From Candidatus Staskawiczbacteria bacterium (GTDB lineage: Bacteria > Patescibacteriota > Minisyncoccia > Minisyncoccales > Staskawiczbacteraceae), in the NCBI GenBank assembly GCA_023245155.1, contig JAHFKV010000001.1, forward strand, positions 75,034 through 139,033: a stretch of 64,000 nt of DNA, written 5' to 3'. Below are positions 36,556 through 44,806 of the stretch, one piece after another. The notes under the pieces were generated by a model. That model was not told the DNA's origin and ran no database searches. It saw only the letters and a list, made by a program, of their open reading frames with translations. Numbering within the stretch: the first letter of the stretch is position 1; each line of letters begins with the position of its first letter. The position numbers and the translations under genes are program-made.

Positions 36556-37104
36556 TTAATATGAATGCGTTGTAACTTCTAATTTCAGGCTGTATTGTTG
36601 TGGTTTTTCGGCAGTAGAAAATGAAACGGTGTTCACTTCAAAAAGGCGGGCAGAATTATCCAGGGCAATCATGAATTGTTTCAAACCTTGGTAGCTTCCC
36701 GTGGCGTTAACAGTAAAGGCCACGTCTTTTATTTGGTTAGCAGCCGCACTAGCGAGCGGATCAAGCACTGCCGATGGCAAAGATTGGGAAAACACCGCCG
36801 ATGTTATCGTCACCCCATTGGCAGCTCCCATGGTCTGGATAAAGTCCACCAAAGGGCCGACTGCAGTGGCTTTGGGCAAGGCGCTGTTAATTTTATCTAA
36901 GGTTTGGGCCCGGTTTTGCAGTTCTGTCAGGATATTGGTGATGCGCGCGTAATAAATGGATTCTCCGCTATACTGTGCTTGCTTTTGAAATATGGTTTGA
37001 GCCAGTTCCCGGTATTCCTGATATTTTGGGATAACAAAAAGAAAAAACAAAACGATAATCAAGATTAGGAAGATGGCTATGGTGACGGGTTTATGCAGTT
37101 CCAT
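36556..37104 (-). CDS. pilO: PilO-like pilus assembly protein
   Basis: 182 aa; a single TM helix, then a coiled coil, then an alpha/beta domain, in the canonical pilMNO order. Confidence 0.65.
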   Translation of the reverse strand: MELHKPVTIAIFLILIIVLFFLFVIPKYQEYRELAQTIFQKQAQYSGESIYYARITNILTELQNRAQTLDKINSALPKATAVGPLVDFIQTMGAANGVTITSAVFSQSLPSAVLDPLASAAANQIKDVAFTVNATGSYQGLKQFMIALDNSARLFEVNTVSFSTAEKPQQYSLKLEVTTHSY

Positions 37105-37643
37105 TATTGATGATAAGCGAATATCTTTTGATCTAACGAAATATTGAACACAAAATTGATTTTTCCCGATGACGCAATTTGCGAATTCACCACACTGATA
37201 CTTTGCACAGAATCTTTGTTATGTTCAAAAGCCGTGAACTGTTTACCCAGGGCGCTCAGATTATCAGCCTGGCCAGATAAGCGGATTTCGTCTTTTTGAG
37301 TTGATAGGGTAAAACCGGAAAATATTACGCCAGGCAAGGTGTTAGTTTCCAAAAAGGTAAAAATGTTCGAAGACATGGTATGGTTTGCCAAGAGTCCTGC
37401 GAAGTCATCGATTTTTTTCTTATAATCAAAGACTTGTGCCTCTTGTTGTTTTTGATCGGTAGTTCCGTAAAGCGATATGTTTTTATCTATGTTCATGATT
37501 TCCTGGTTTCCCATATAAGCTTTAAAGTAAAAAATAGCATAGGTAAAAATAACCAATCCGAGTATTACACAAGCAACATAAAATATCACATTTATCATCC
37601 AAGCACGGTCTTTTTCTTGATACAGTACGTTATTATTCATCAT
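37104..37643 (-). CDS. pilN: PilN-like pilus assembly protein
   Basis: 179 aa; a short cytoplasmic N-terminus plus a single TM helix. The gene overlaps both pilM and pilO. Confidence 0.65.
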   Translation of the reverse strand: MMNNNVLYQEKDRAWMINVIFYVACVILGLVIFTYAIFYFKAYMGNQEIMNIDKNISLYGTTDQKQQEAQVFDYKKKIDDFAGLLANHTMSSNIFTFLETNTLPGVIFSGFTLSTQKDEIRLSGQADNLSALGKQFTAFEHNKDSVQSISVVNSQIASSGKINFVFNISLDQKIFAYHQ

Positions 37644-38620
37644 GGTATTTCTAAGCCACCCAAAGCTACTCCTATGGCAGCAGAAAAACTAGGGGCCATT
37701 TGGCGCAATTTACTTTCTAGAATAGGCGGGTATAAAAAGTCGGCAAAGCAATTTGGCACCACCACGGTTTTTCCCAGGGCTTTGGTGAGATAATCCTGTA
37801 ACCCCGGCAGGTTAGCGGTGCCACCGGTTATATAATATTCCTCAACCTGCTTTTGTTCTGATTGTAAAAATTCAGCGGAAATGTTCTTTAGCTCCATAAC
37901 CAGGGGGGCCGCCCAAAATTCCAGGTCACCCGGTTTGGCGCTTTGAAAATTAAAGCTATAACTTCTTTTCAATATGCCAGCATCAACAATATTAACCGTG
38001 GAACTCTGTACACCAATATCCATGACACACACTGTTTTTTTATTATTTTTTACTAACGCCCGGGCGATTGCCGTCGCTTCAGCTTCCATGGCATACAATT
38101 CAAGCCCCGCGTTTTTGGCAATAGCTTGGTATTCTTGGATCACCTGGTTGGGAACTGCCACTAAAAATATTTTAAGGGGAGTGGAGCCACCAGGATTTCC
38201 CGATATGATTTGCCAATCTAAAGTAACCTCTTTAATGGGTAACGTTACATATTGGGAGGCGTTATACTGTACCGCTCCGGCGATTTCGTTTTCGGGCATG
38301 GGCGGAATGTCAAACGAAGTGCAAAAAGTGTAGAAATCCGGGATAGAAAAAATAGCTTCTTTGGTTTTTATTTTTGCTTCTTCTAAAATACCTTTTATCG
38401 CCAGGGGAACGAAATCGCTGGCCAGGACCCGGCTTGACCGCTCAATCGCCAAGGGCGAATCTTTGTAAATGGCACCTGAAGTTATTTGACCATAATTTTC
38501 CAGTGTTTTTCCATGCCCCCAGTGTGAAACTTCCACAATTTTAATTGCAGAGGTACCAATATCCACTCCCACCATCCGTTTTGGTAAAAAAAGCCTCAGG
38601 TTTTTTAAAAAATTACTCAT
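37640..38620 (-). CDS. pilM: PilM, actin-like pilus assembly ATPase
   Basis: Start trimmed to MSNFLKNLRLFLPKRMVGVDIGTSAIKIVEV; actin/FtsA-like fold motifs are present. Confidence 0.85.
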   Translation of the reverse strand: MSNFLKNLRLFLPKRMVGVDIGTSAIKIVEVSHWGHGKTLENYGQITSGAIYKDSPLAIERSSRVLASDFVPLAIKGILEEAKIKTKEAIFSIPDFYTFCTSFDIPPMPENEIAGAVQYNASQYVTLPIKEVTLDWQIISGNPGGSTPLKIFLVAVPNQVIQEYQAIAKNAGLELYAMEAEATAIARALVKNNKKTVCVMDIGVQSSTVNIVDAGILKRSYSFNFQSAKPGDLEFWAAPLVMELKNISAEFLQSEQKQVEEYYITGGTANLPGLQDYLTKALGKTVVVPNCFADFLYPPILESKLRQMAPSFSAAIGVALGGLEIP

Positions 38621-38652
38621 GAGAAAAATTGCCAAACTTTTTATTGACTTCC

Positions 38653-38670
38653 GTTTATTATATAATAAAC
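38653..38670. promoter_or_regulatory. Perfect 18-bp palindrome GTTTATTATATAATAAAC in the pilM/comF divergent spacer
   Basis: Self-complementary on inspection. It lies 33 nt from the pilM ATG and 17 nt from the comF GTG. Confidence 0.5.
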
Positions 38671-38686
38671 AGAAAACAATAACACT

Positions 38687-39430
38687 GTGGATAAACCAGT
38701 TTTCACCAAGGCTAAACATTTTTTCCTGGAACTTTTTTTTCCTTCCTTCTGTTTGGGTTGCAGTAAAGAAGGGGTATTACTATGCTATGACTGCAGGTCT
38801 ATCCTGGAAATTTCTGAATACCATTATTGCTTGTGCGGCAATAATCCGCTAAGGCTGCCACCTGAATCCAGGCAGGGAAAATGTAGCCGCTGCCAAGACA
38901 AAAAACTTACCGGACTCTACTCCGCTCTTTCCTACAAGGAAAAGTTTTTAACGAGAAAATTAATTCGACAGTTTAAATATGAGCCCTATTACTTAAAAAC
39001 TCTGTCAAAAACATTAGCAGATATTCTTTTGGAACACCTCTTTCTAGCAAAAAAATTAACACCAGAAATTTGGGAAAAGAGTATTATCATTCCTGTGCCG
39101 TTAGAAAAAGGCAAATGGAAAGATCGGGGGTATAATCAATCAGAATTGTTAGGACAAGAGATAGGACAAGCTCTTAATGTCCCACTACTCTTGGGTAATT
39201 TAATAAAAATAAAAAAGACTGATTCCCAAATGAAATTGAAGGCTAAAGATCGGGAAGAAAATGTCAGAGAGGCGTTCAAAGTAAAAAATCCCGTAGAATT
39301 TGCAGGGAAAAAAGTATTTTTAGTTGATGATGTCTATACTACCGGTTCCACCATGGAAGAATGCGCCCGCGTTTTGCGAAACGCGGGCGCCAAAAGTGTC
39401 TGGGGAATTATTGTTGCCAGAGAGGGATAA
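38687..39430 (+). CDS. comFC: ComF-family protein (competence-associated phosphoribosyltransferase-like)
   Basis: N-terminal C..C...C..C zinc-finger pattern and the PRTase motif VFLVDDVYTTGST. Confidence 0.85.
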   Translation: MDKPVFTKAKHFFLELFFPSFCLGCSKEGVLLCYDCRSILEISEYHYCLCGNNPLRLPPESRQGKCSRCQDKKLTGLYSALSYKEKFLTRKLIRQFKYEPYYLKTLSKTLADILLEHLFLAKKLTPEIWEKSIIIPVPLEKGKWKDRGYNQSELLGQEIGQALNVPLLLGNLIKIKKTDSQMKLKAKDREENVREAFKVKNPVEFAGKKVFLVDDVYTTGSTMEECARVLRNAGAKSVWGIIVAREG

Positions 39431-39443
39431 ATTTCTAAGCAAT

Positions 39444-39475
39444 AAAAAACTGTGCCAAAGTCGCCCTTGGCACAG
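39444..39475 (-). terminator. Hairpin terminator between convergent comF and the small basic gene
   Basis: CTGTGCCAA-8 nt-TTGGCACAG, with an A-run on the plus side (a T-run for the minus-strand transcript). Confidence 0.6.
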
Positions 39476-39489
39476 CACAATCTTTGCGC

Positions 39490-39702
39490 TCATTTGCGCT
39501 TGTTTTTTCTGCGGCGGCGCTTTTTGATTTTTACTGACGGAACCTGAAACGCCGTCTCGAAGTTCTCGACTTTTGGTGGCGGCTCAAAAAGAGTCCCCAT
39601 CAGTGCCACAATGTCTGAGAAAGAGTCATTGGGACCTCCCGCAATCAGAACGATGACTCCCCCACCCTTTTTACCCGCTTTTTTCCTCTTTTTGGCGGCC
39701 AT
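39490..39702 (-). CDS. Hypothetical small protein (70 aa) with highly basic termini
   Basis: MAAKKRKKAGKKGGGVIVLIAGG...KIKKRRRRKNKRK. AAGGAT lies upstream of the ATG. The longer track ORF overlaps tRNA-Ser, so the internal start is preferred. Confidence 0.4.
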   Translation of the reverse strand: MAAKKRKKAGKKGGGVIVLIAGGPNDSFSDIVALMGTLFEPPPKVENFETAFQVPSVKIKKRRRRKNKRK

Positions 39703-39887
39703 TTTCCATCCTTTACAAAAAAGTAGGTGTCGTAAATCTAATTGTATTCTAGGCCAAGCTGAATTTTTTATCAAGGTCTTATTTAGTAATTTGTTGTCAA
39801 CTAATTCTCTAATCTCATTGATTAATTGTAAACTATCTTTAAAAAACAAATTTGCAAAATAATAATTTTTATGGTAAAAATCAAGGC

Positions 39888-39975
39888 GGAGGAGTCGCAT
39901 AGCGGCTATTGCAACAGTCTTGAAAACTGTAATCCCTTACGGGATTCGTGGGTTCGAGTCCCACCTCCTCCGCCA
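39888..39975 (+). tRNA. tRNA-Ser(UGA)
   Basis: Acceptor GGAGGAG/CTCCTCC, anticodon arm ACAGT-CTTGAAA-ACTGT, long variable arm, encoded CCA. Confidence 0.9.
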
Positions 39976-39992
39976 ATACGATTTTTTTGTTT

Positions 39993-40079
39993 GGAAAGGT
40001 GGCTGAGCGGTCTAAAGCAACAGGTTGCTAACCTGTGCCTGCGCAAGCGGGCTCGAGGGTTCGAATCCCTCCCTTTCCG
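39993..40079 (+). tRNA. tRNA-Ser(GCU)
   Basis: Acceptor GGAAAGG/CCTTTCC, anticodon arm ACAGG-TTGCTAA-CCTGT, long variable arm. Confidence 0.9.
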
Positions 40080-40126
40080 CATTTTAGAAATAAAGGTCAA
40101 GAATAAAAAAATAAATATTAAAAACT

Positions 40127-40330
40127 ATGCAAAACTTTTCAATGACTTGCAGTTGCGGCGAAACCATGACCATGGAAGCCGAAAACAGGGAAGAGGCCGT
40201 GGCTAAATTCAAAGCCATGATGACCGAAGACGCTATTAAGGATCACATGACCCAAAAACACTCCGGCATGCCGGTAATGTCAGTAGCCGATTGTCACGCG
40301 CAAATAGAAAAAGACGTAAAAGCAATGTAA
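40127..40330 (+). CDS. DUF1059-like small protein
   Basis: 67 aa. FSMTCSCGETMTMEAENREEAVAKFKAMMTEDAIKDHMTQKH resembles the DUF1059 pattern. It sits inside the tRNA cluster. Confidence 0.6.
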   Translation: MQNFSMTCSCGETMTMEAENREEAVAKFKAMMTEDAIKDHMTQKHSGMPVMSVADCHAQIEKDVKAM

Positions 40331-40361
40331 TGTAGTTGATTTTGGCACAAACCGAAATCAT

Positions 40362-40433
40362 GTCCCCATAGTTTAATGGATAAAATGCAAGCTTGCGGAG
40401 CTTGCGATGTAGGTTCGATTCCTACTGGGGACA
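40362..40433 (+). tRNA. tRNA-Arg(GCG)
   Basis: Acceptor GTCCCCA/TGGGGAC, anticodon arm CAAGC-TTGCGGA-GCTTG (anticodon GCG). Confidence 0.85.
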
Positions 40434-40452
40434 CAAAAAAGTTCTAAAAGTT

Positions 40453-40524
40453 GCTTCCATAGTTCAACGGATAGAATACCGGCTTCCGAAGCCGTCGATG
40501 CAGGTTCGATTCCTGCTGGGAGCA
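40453..40524 (+). tRNA. tRNA-Arg(CCG)
   Basis: Acceptor GCTTCCA/TGGGAGC, anticodon loop TTCCGAA. A close paralog of the preceding tRNA. Confidence 0.85.
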
Positions 40525-40695
40525 CGTGGATATATCAAAAAATCTTGCAAACCTGCAAGATTTTTTGATTATGAAAAGTTATCCACAGTTTTTTAATATT
40601 TTTTAAAAAAATAGCGGGTTGCACGAAAGTTTTAAAGGTGTAAAATGGAAGTTGCACAAAATATTTTTTATTAAAAGTTTATTATTCTAAAAATC

Positions 40696-43359
40696 ATGGA
40701 GCTCACCATTACCAAGCGCGACGGATCAAAAGAATTATTCAACGCCGACCGGATTAACCGTTCTATTGAACGAGCTGCGCTTGGGTTAATCGATCCCATT
40801 TCCAAAGTTACCCAAATTGCCACCGACACCCATGTTACCTTGTATGACGGTATCACCACCGAAGAACTGGATTTAGCCACCATTAATGCCGCGGTGCAAA
40901 ATATTAAAGAGAATCCTGATTATGATAAAATCGCCACTCGGTTGTTATTAAAAACGGTGTATAAAAATGTGTTGGGAGATTACAACGAAGATGCTGGCCA
41001 GTTAAAAAGAATCCACGCAGAACAATTTGCTCCGTATATAAAGAAGGGGATTGCCGAAAAGATTTTTGACGAACGCATGGAAAAGAATTTTGACTTAAAC
41101 CGCTTGGCAAATGCCATGGATATTTCTCGTGACGAATTATTCATTTACGCCGGGCTGTCCACTCTGCTGAATCGTTATTCAGTAAAAGACCGGCAGCAAA
41201 AAGCTTTTGAAACGCCCCAATACTGTTTCATGCGCGTAGCTATGGGCAACGCGTTTAACGAAAAAGATCCTACCGAAATGGCTATCAAGTTTTATGAAAA
41301 AATGTCTAATTTAGAATACATTGCGGGAGGTTCCACCAACATTAACGCCGGAGCAGTGATTCCGGCCCTTTCCAATTGTTTTTTGCTGGAAATCCACGAT
41401 AGCATGGAACACATTTCCAAGTCTGTTATGGATGTGATGATGCTTTCCAAAGCTTCAGGGGGTATTGGGGCTTCCATTACCAAGTTGCGAGCCATGGGTT
41501 CGCCCCTTTCCAGCAATAACACCACTTCTTCGGGCCCCACGCCGTTCGCCAAAATCATTGATGTGGCCATCCGGGCCATCATGCGCGGGGGCAAAAAGAA
41601 AGGAGCTCTTTGTTTTTATATGGAAAACTGGCATTACGACTTCCCAGAATTTGTGGAATGGAAACATAACGCTGGTGATGACCACATGCGCATGAGAACT
41701 GCAGACACGGCCGTGTTTTTGTCTGACGAATTCATGAAACGGGTGGAAGCCAAGCAAGATTGGTACATGTTTGACCCTAAAGAAACCATAGATCTTAATG
41801 AACTATACGGAAAGGCTTTTTCCGCCCGCTATCATGAATACATCAAAATGGCCGAAGAGGGAAAATTACGGATGTGGAAAAAAGTCCCCGCTACCGAACA
41901 ATACCGTTCCATTTTAGTGGCTCTGCAAACCACCTCGCACCCCTGGCTGGTGTGGAAAGATTCTATTAACTTGCGGGCCCTCAACAATAATACCGGTACC
42001 ATTCACATGAGCAATTTGTGCACGGAAATTTGTTTGCCCCAAGACAAAGAAAATATTGCTGTTTGCAATTTAGCTTCACTAAACCTGGCTGCTCACTTGA
42101 AGAAAAAACAAGTGGACTGGCAAAAGCTGGAAGAATCAGTACGAACGGCCATCCGCCAATTGGACAATTTAATTGATATTAATGTACTGCCCGTACCCGA
42201 AGCCAAAAAATCAGATTCTGAAAACCGGGCCATTGGCTTGGGGGTGATGGGTTTTTCTGACGCTATCGAGCAATTGGGTATGGCCTACGATTCGCCCCAT
42301 GCTTATGACTTTACCGATAAAATTTTTGAATTCATCAGTTACATGGCCATTGATGAATCAGCTAATTTAGCCCAAGAACGCGGCAGCTATAAGAACTTTC
42401 TGGGATCAGAATGGTCAAAGGGAAAAGTGCCAGTGGATACGATTGCGAAACTGGAAGAAGAGCGCGGGATGCAGCTAGATGTTGATAAAAAATCAAAGCA
42501 AAACTGGTTAGATTGGGATACCTTAAGAGCCAAAGTTAAAAACGGCATGCGTAACGCCACCTTAATGGCGGTGGCTCCCAATGCGAATATTGGCCTGGTG
42601 GCGGGCACCACTCCAGGCATTGATCCGCGGTTTGCCCAAGTCTTTTCCCGCAATAAAATTTCGGGAAAATATTTAGACATTAACCATAATCTGGTCACCG
42701 AGTTGAAAAATATGAATTTATGGGATATGGTGAAAGGGAAAATTATCGAACTCCAAGGAGATATTTCTAGCATTACTGAAATTCCCGCCCACATCCGCGA
42801 AATTTACAAAACTTCGTTTTCTGTTTCCCCTTACGCTTTCATTGAAGTAGCCGCCCGCGCCCAAAAATGGGTTGACCAGGCCTTAAGCCGAAATATGTAT
42901 TTAGAGGATCGCGACATTGAAAAAACGATGGATATTTATGCTTCGGCTTGGCGCAAGGGCGTAAAAAGCACCTATTACTTGCACATGAAGCCACGCCACA
43001 CTGCTGAGCAAAGTACCGTAGCGGTAAATAAGTCAGCGAAGTTGGGCAAAACCGGATTCGCTTCGGTGTTTAAAAAAATTGAAGAAGTGACCATTGAAAC
43101 CAACGAACAAAAAATTGAAGTGGTAAAAGAAGAGATAATTGAGAAGGCGCAGGAACAAATTATAGATAAACAGCCTTTACCCGTCATTGAACCCTTAAAG
43201 CAAGTTTCTGAGCCGGTGTTTGCTAAAGTACAAACCCAATTACCCCAGCCACACGCAGAAGGCCAGCATTACCAAACTAAAATCATTGATGGAAAAACCT
43301 ACCGAGTACATATGCCCACCGACCCTCAAGAACAATTCTTGTGTGACGGATGCCAGTAA
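40696..43359 (+). CDS. nrdA: Class I ribonucleotide reductase alpha subunit with an ATP-cone and a long low-complexity C-terminal tail
   Basis: ATP-cone ITKRDGSKELFNADRINRSIERA, active-site SNLCTEI and a terminal redox pair CDGCQ. About 110 extra aa lie before the tail. Confidence 0.9.
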   Translation: MELTITKRDGSKELFNADRINRSIERAALGLIDPISKVTQIATDTHVTLYDGITTEELDLATINAAVQNIKENPDYDKIATRLLLKTVYKNVLGDYNEDAGQLKRIHAEQFAPYIKKGIAEKIFDERMEKNFDLNRLANAMDISRDELFIYAGLSTLLNRYSVKDRQQKAFETPQYCFMRVAMGNAFNEKDPTEMAIKFYEKMSNLEYIAGGSTNINAGAVIPALSNCFLLEIHDSMEHISKSVMDVMMLSKASGGIGASITKLRAMGSPLSSNNTTSSGPTPFAKIIDVAIRAIMRGGKKKGALCFYMENWHYDFPEFVEWKHNAGDDHMRMRTADTAVFLSDEFMKRVEAKQDWYMFDPKETIDLNELYGKAFSARYHEYIKMAEEGKLRMWKKVPATEQYRSILVALQTTSHPWLVWKDSINLRALNNNTGTIHMSNLCTEICLPQDKENIAVCNLASLNLAAHLKKKQVDWQKLEESVRTAIRQLDNLIDINVLPVPEAKKSDSENRAIGLGVMGFSDAIEQLGMAYDSPHAYDFTDKIFEFISYMAIDESANLAQERGSYKNFLGSEWSKGKVPVDTIAKLEEERGMQLDVDKKSKQNWLDWDTLRAKVKNGMRNATLMAVAPNANIGLVAGTTPGIDPRFAQVFSRNKISGKYLDINHNLVTELKNMNLWDMVKGKIIELQGDISSITEIPAHIREIYKTSFSVSPYAFIEVAARAQKWVDQALSRNMYLEDRDIEKTMDIYASAWRKGVKSTYYLHMKPRHTAEQSTVAVNKSAKLGKTGFASVFKKIEEVTIETNEQKIEVVKEEIIEKAQEQIIDKQPLPVIEPLKQVSEPVFAKVQTQLPQPHAEGQHYQTKIIDGKTYRVHMPTDPQEQFLCDGCQ

Positions 43360-43380
43360 ATAAAAATAACAATTAAGAAT

Positions 43381-44388
43381 ATGCCAATTTTAGGAAAAGC
43401 TTCGCCAGAAGATATGAACTTACACCCCATGCGCTACCAGTGGGCGTATGATTTATATTTGCAAGCGGTGAGAAACACCTGGTTTCCTCATGAAATTGCC
43501 TTAAAGGAAGATTTAGAAGACTGGGCTAAAATGACCGAAGATGAACGCCACGCGGTAAAGTTTACCATGGCTTTTTTTAATCCCGCTGAATTAATCGTAA
43601 ACCGCAGTATTGCTCTGGGCATTTACCCGTACTTAAAATCCCCCGAAGCCCATCTCTATTTAGCCAAACAAATGTGGGAAGAAGCTAACCACTGCGTGGC
43701 GTTTGAATATGTTTTAGAAACCTTCCCGTTTGATCGGGAAAAAATCTTCGGAGTACATTTGGAAACGCCCAGTATGCAGGCTAAAGAATCCTATGTGATG
43801 AAATATTTGAAACGTATGACGGAAGAAACTCTGAACATTGAAACACCGGAAGGCAAAAAAGATTTTATCCGTAACTTGGTGGCCACCAACATTGTCATGG
43901 AGGGCGTGTGGTTTTACAGTGGTTTCATGGTGGTGCTTTCGTTCCGGCAGCGCAATCAGTTACGCAACTTTGGCAGCATGGTAGACTGGGTACTGCGCGA
44001 CGAATCACTGCACCTGAAATTCGGTATCCAGCTTTTGCAAACTGCCTTGGAAGAAAATCAAGAATTGCTCACCGAAGAATTCGCAAATGAAATAAAGAGT
44101 ATTATTGTGGAAGGCGTAAACATTGAAACAGCTTATAACAAAGATTTGTTCCCCAATGGTATTTTAGGTTTGAATGCCGATTACGTAAACCAGTATGTGC
44201 AGTATGTGGCAGACAGGCGCTTGCAAGAATTGGGTTTGCCAAAGCAATACAACGTAACCAACCCCGCCAAATGGATGAGCACGGCCACCGATGTGCTAGA
44301 ACTGGTTAACTTCTTTGAACAGCAGAACACCAAATATGAAGTAGATTCCGGGCACACTGCCAAGAAGCAAGACCCACCGGCTATATAA
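43381..44388 (+). CDS. nrdB: Class I ribonucleotide reductase beta subunit
   Basis: Di-metal ligand blocks WEEANHCVAFEY and LRDESLHLKF; 335 aa. Confidence 0.9.
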   Translation: MPILGKASPEDMNLHPMRYQWAYDLYLQAVRNTWFPHEIALKEDLEDWAKMTEDERHAVKFTMAFFNPAELIVNRSIALGIYPYLKSPEAHLYLAKQMWEEANHCVAFEYVLETFPFDREKIFGVHLETPSMQAKESYVMKYLKRMTEETLNIETPEGKKDFIRNLVATNIVMEGVWFYSGFMVVLSFRQRNQLRNFGSMVDWVLRDESLHLKFGIQLLQTALEENQELLTEEFANEIKSIIVEGVNIETAYNKDLFPNGILGLNADYVNQYVQYVADRRLQELGLPKQYNVTNPAKWMSTATDVLELVNFFEQQNTKYEVDSGHTAKKQDPPAI

Positions 44389-44484
44389 AAATTAATTGAT
44401 TTTTTCACAATATGTGCTATTGTAAATATAGCCCATTTGCGTTCAAAAGATAAAAATATGTCAAACCAAGAAAGGAGACCAGAT

Positions 44485-44727
44485 ATGGCAAACCAGTCGA
44501 CTGAGGCAATCTTGCGTGAACTGTTGCTAACAGATGTGGGAGAGCCAAAGAGTAAGACGGATCTTAACTCCCCACTGAGAGAAAACTTTGATTCGGTTGA
44601 CATTGTGTCAATTGTCTCACAGGCTGAAAGACGGTTTGGTATTCGATTCTCTCAGCAGGAGCTTGAGAAGCTTGCAACGCTCCAAGACCTTGTCGGGTTA
44701 ATCGATGCCAAGCTAGCGCCCAAGTAG
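44485..44727 (+). CDS. Orphan acyl/peptidyl-carrier-protein-like protein (80 aa)
   Basis: NFDSVDIVSIVSQAERRFGIRFSQQELEKLATLQDLVGLI fits the carrier-protein DS(L/V)D helix II/III pattern. A strong SD (AGGAG) lies 7 nt upstream of the ATG at 44485, and the gene has its own terminator. Confidence 0.6.
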   Translation: MANQSTEAILRELLLTDVGEPKSKTDLNSPLRENFDSVDIVSIVSQAERRFGIRFSQQELEKLATLQDLVGLIDAKLAPK

Positions 44728-44750
44728 TAATGCTAAAACTCAGAGATGCG

Positions 44751-44780
44751 AGTCCCGTAATTGTGCGGGACTGTTTTTTT
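44751..44780 (+). terminator. Rho-independent terminator
   Basis: AGTCCCG-taattgtg-CGGGACT followed by GTTTTTTT. Confidence 0.85.
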
Positions 44781-44806
44781 ACGAAAAAATACATTAGAAT
44801 TTATCT

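Noticed and set aside
39871-40596. Track ORFs 39871..40206, 39906..40100 and 40393..40596.
   Set aside because: They are translations across tRNA-Ser and tRNA-Arg genes. The cloverleaf structures explain the sequence.
40618-40657. Possible NrdR boxes upstream of nrdA: GTTGCAC(G/A)AAA repeated with 33-bp spacing.
   Set aside because: NrdR boxes are 16-bp palindromes, and these are direct repeats without dyad symmetry. Each contains TTGCAC, and the first is followed after 16 nt by TAAAAT. Tandem promoter -35 elements are an equally good explanation. This is left as unproven.
40696-43359. Inteins or self-splicing insertions in nrdA, recA, gyrA, rpoB/C or ftsH.
   Set aside because: The conserved blocks are contiguous and the lengths are ordinary. 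The extra length of NrdA is a low-complexity C-terminal linker before the CDGCQ redox tail, not an internal Cys/Ser...His-Asn bounded insert.
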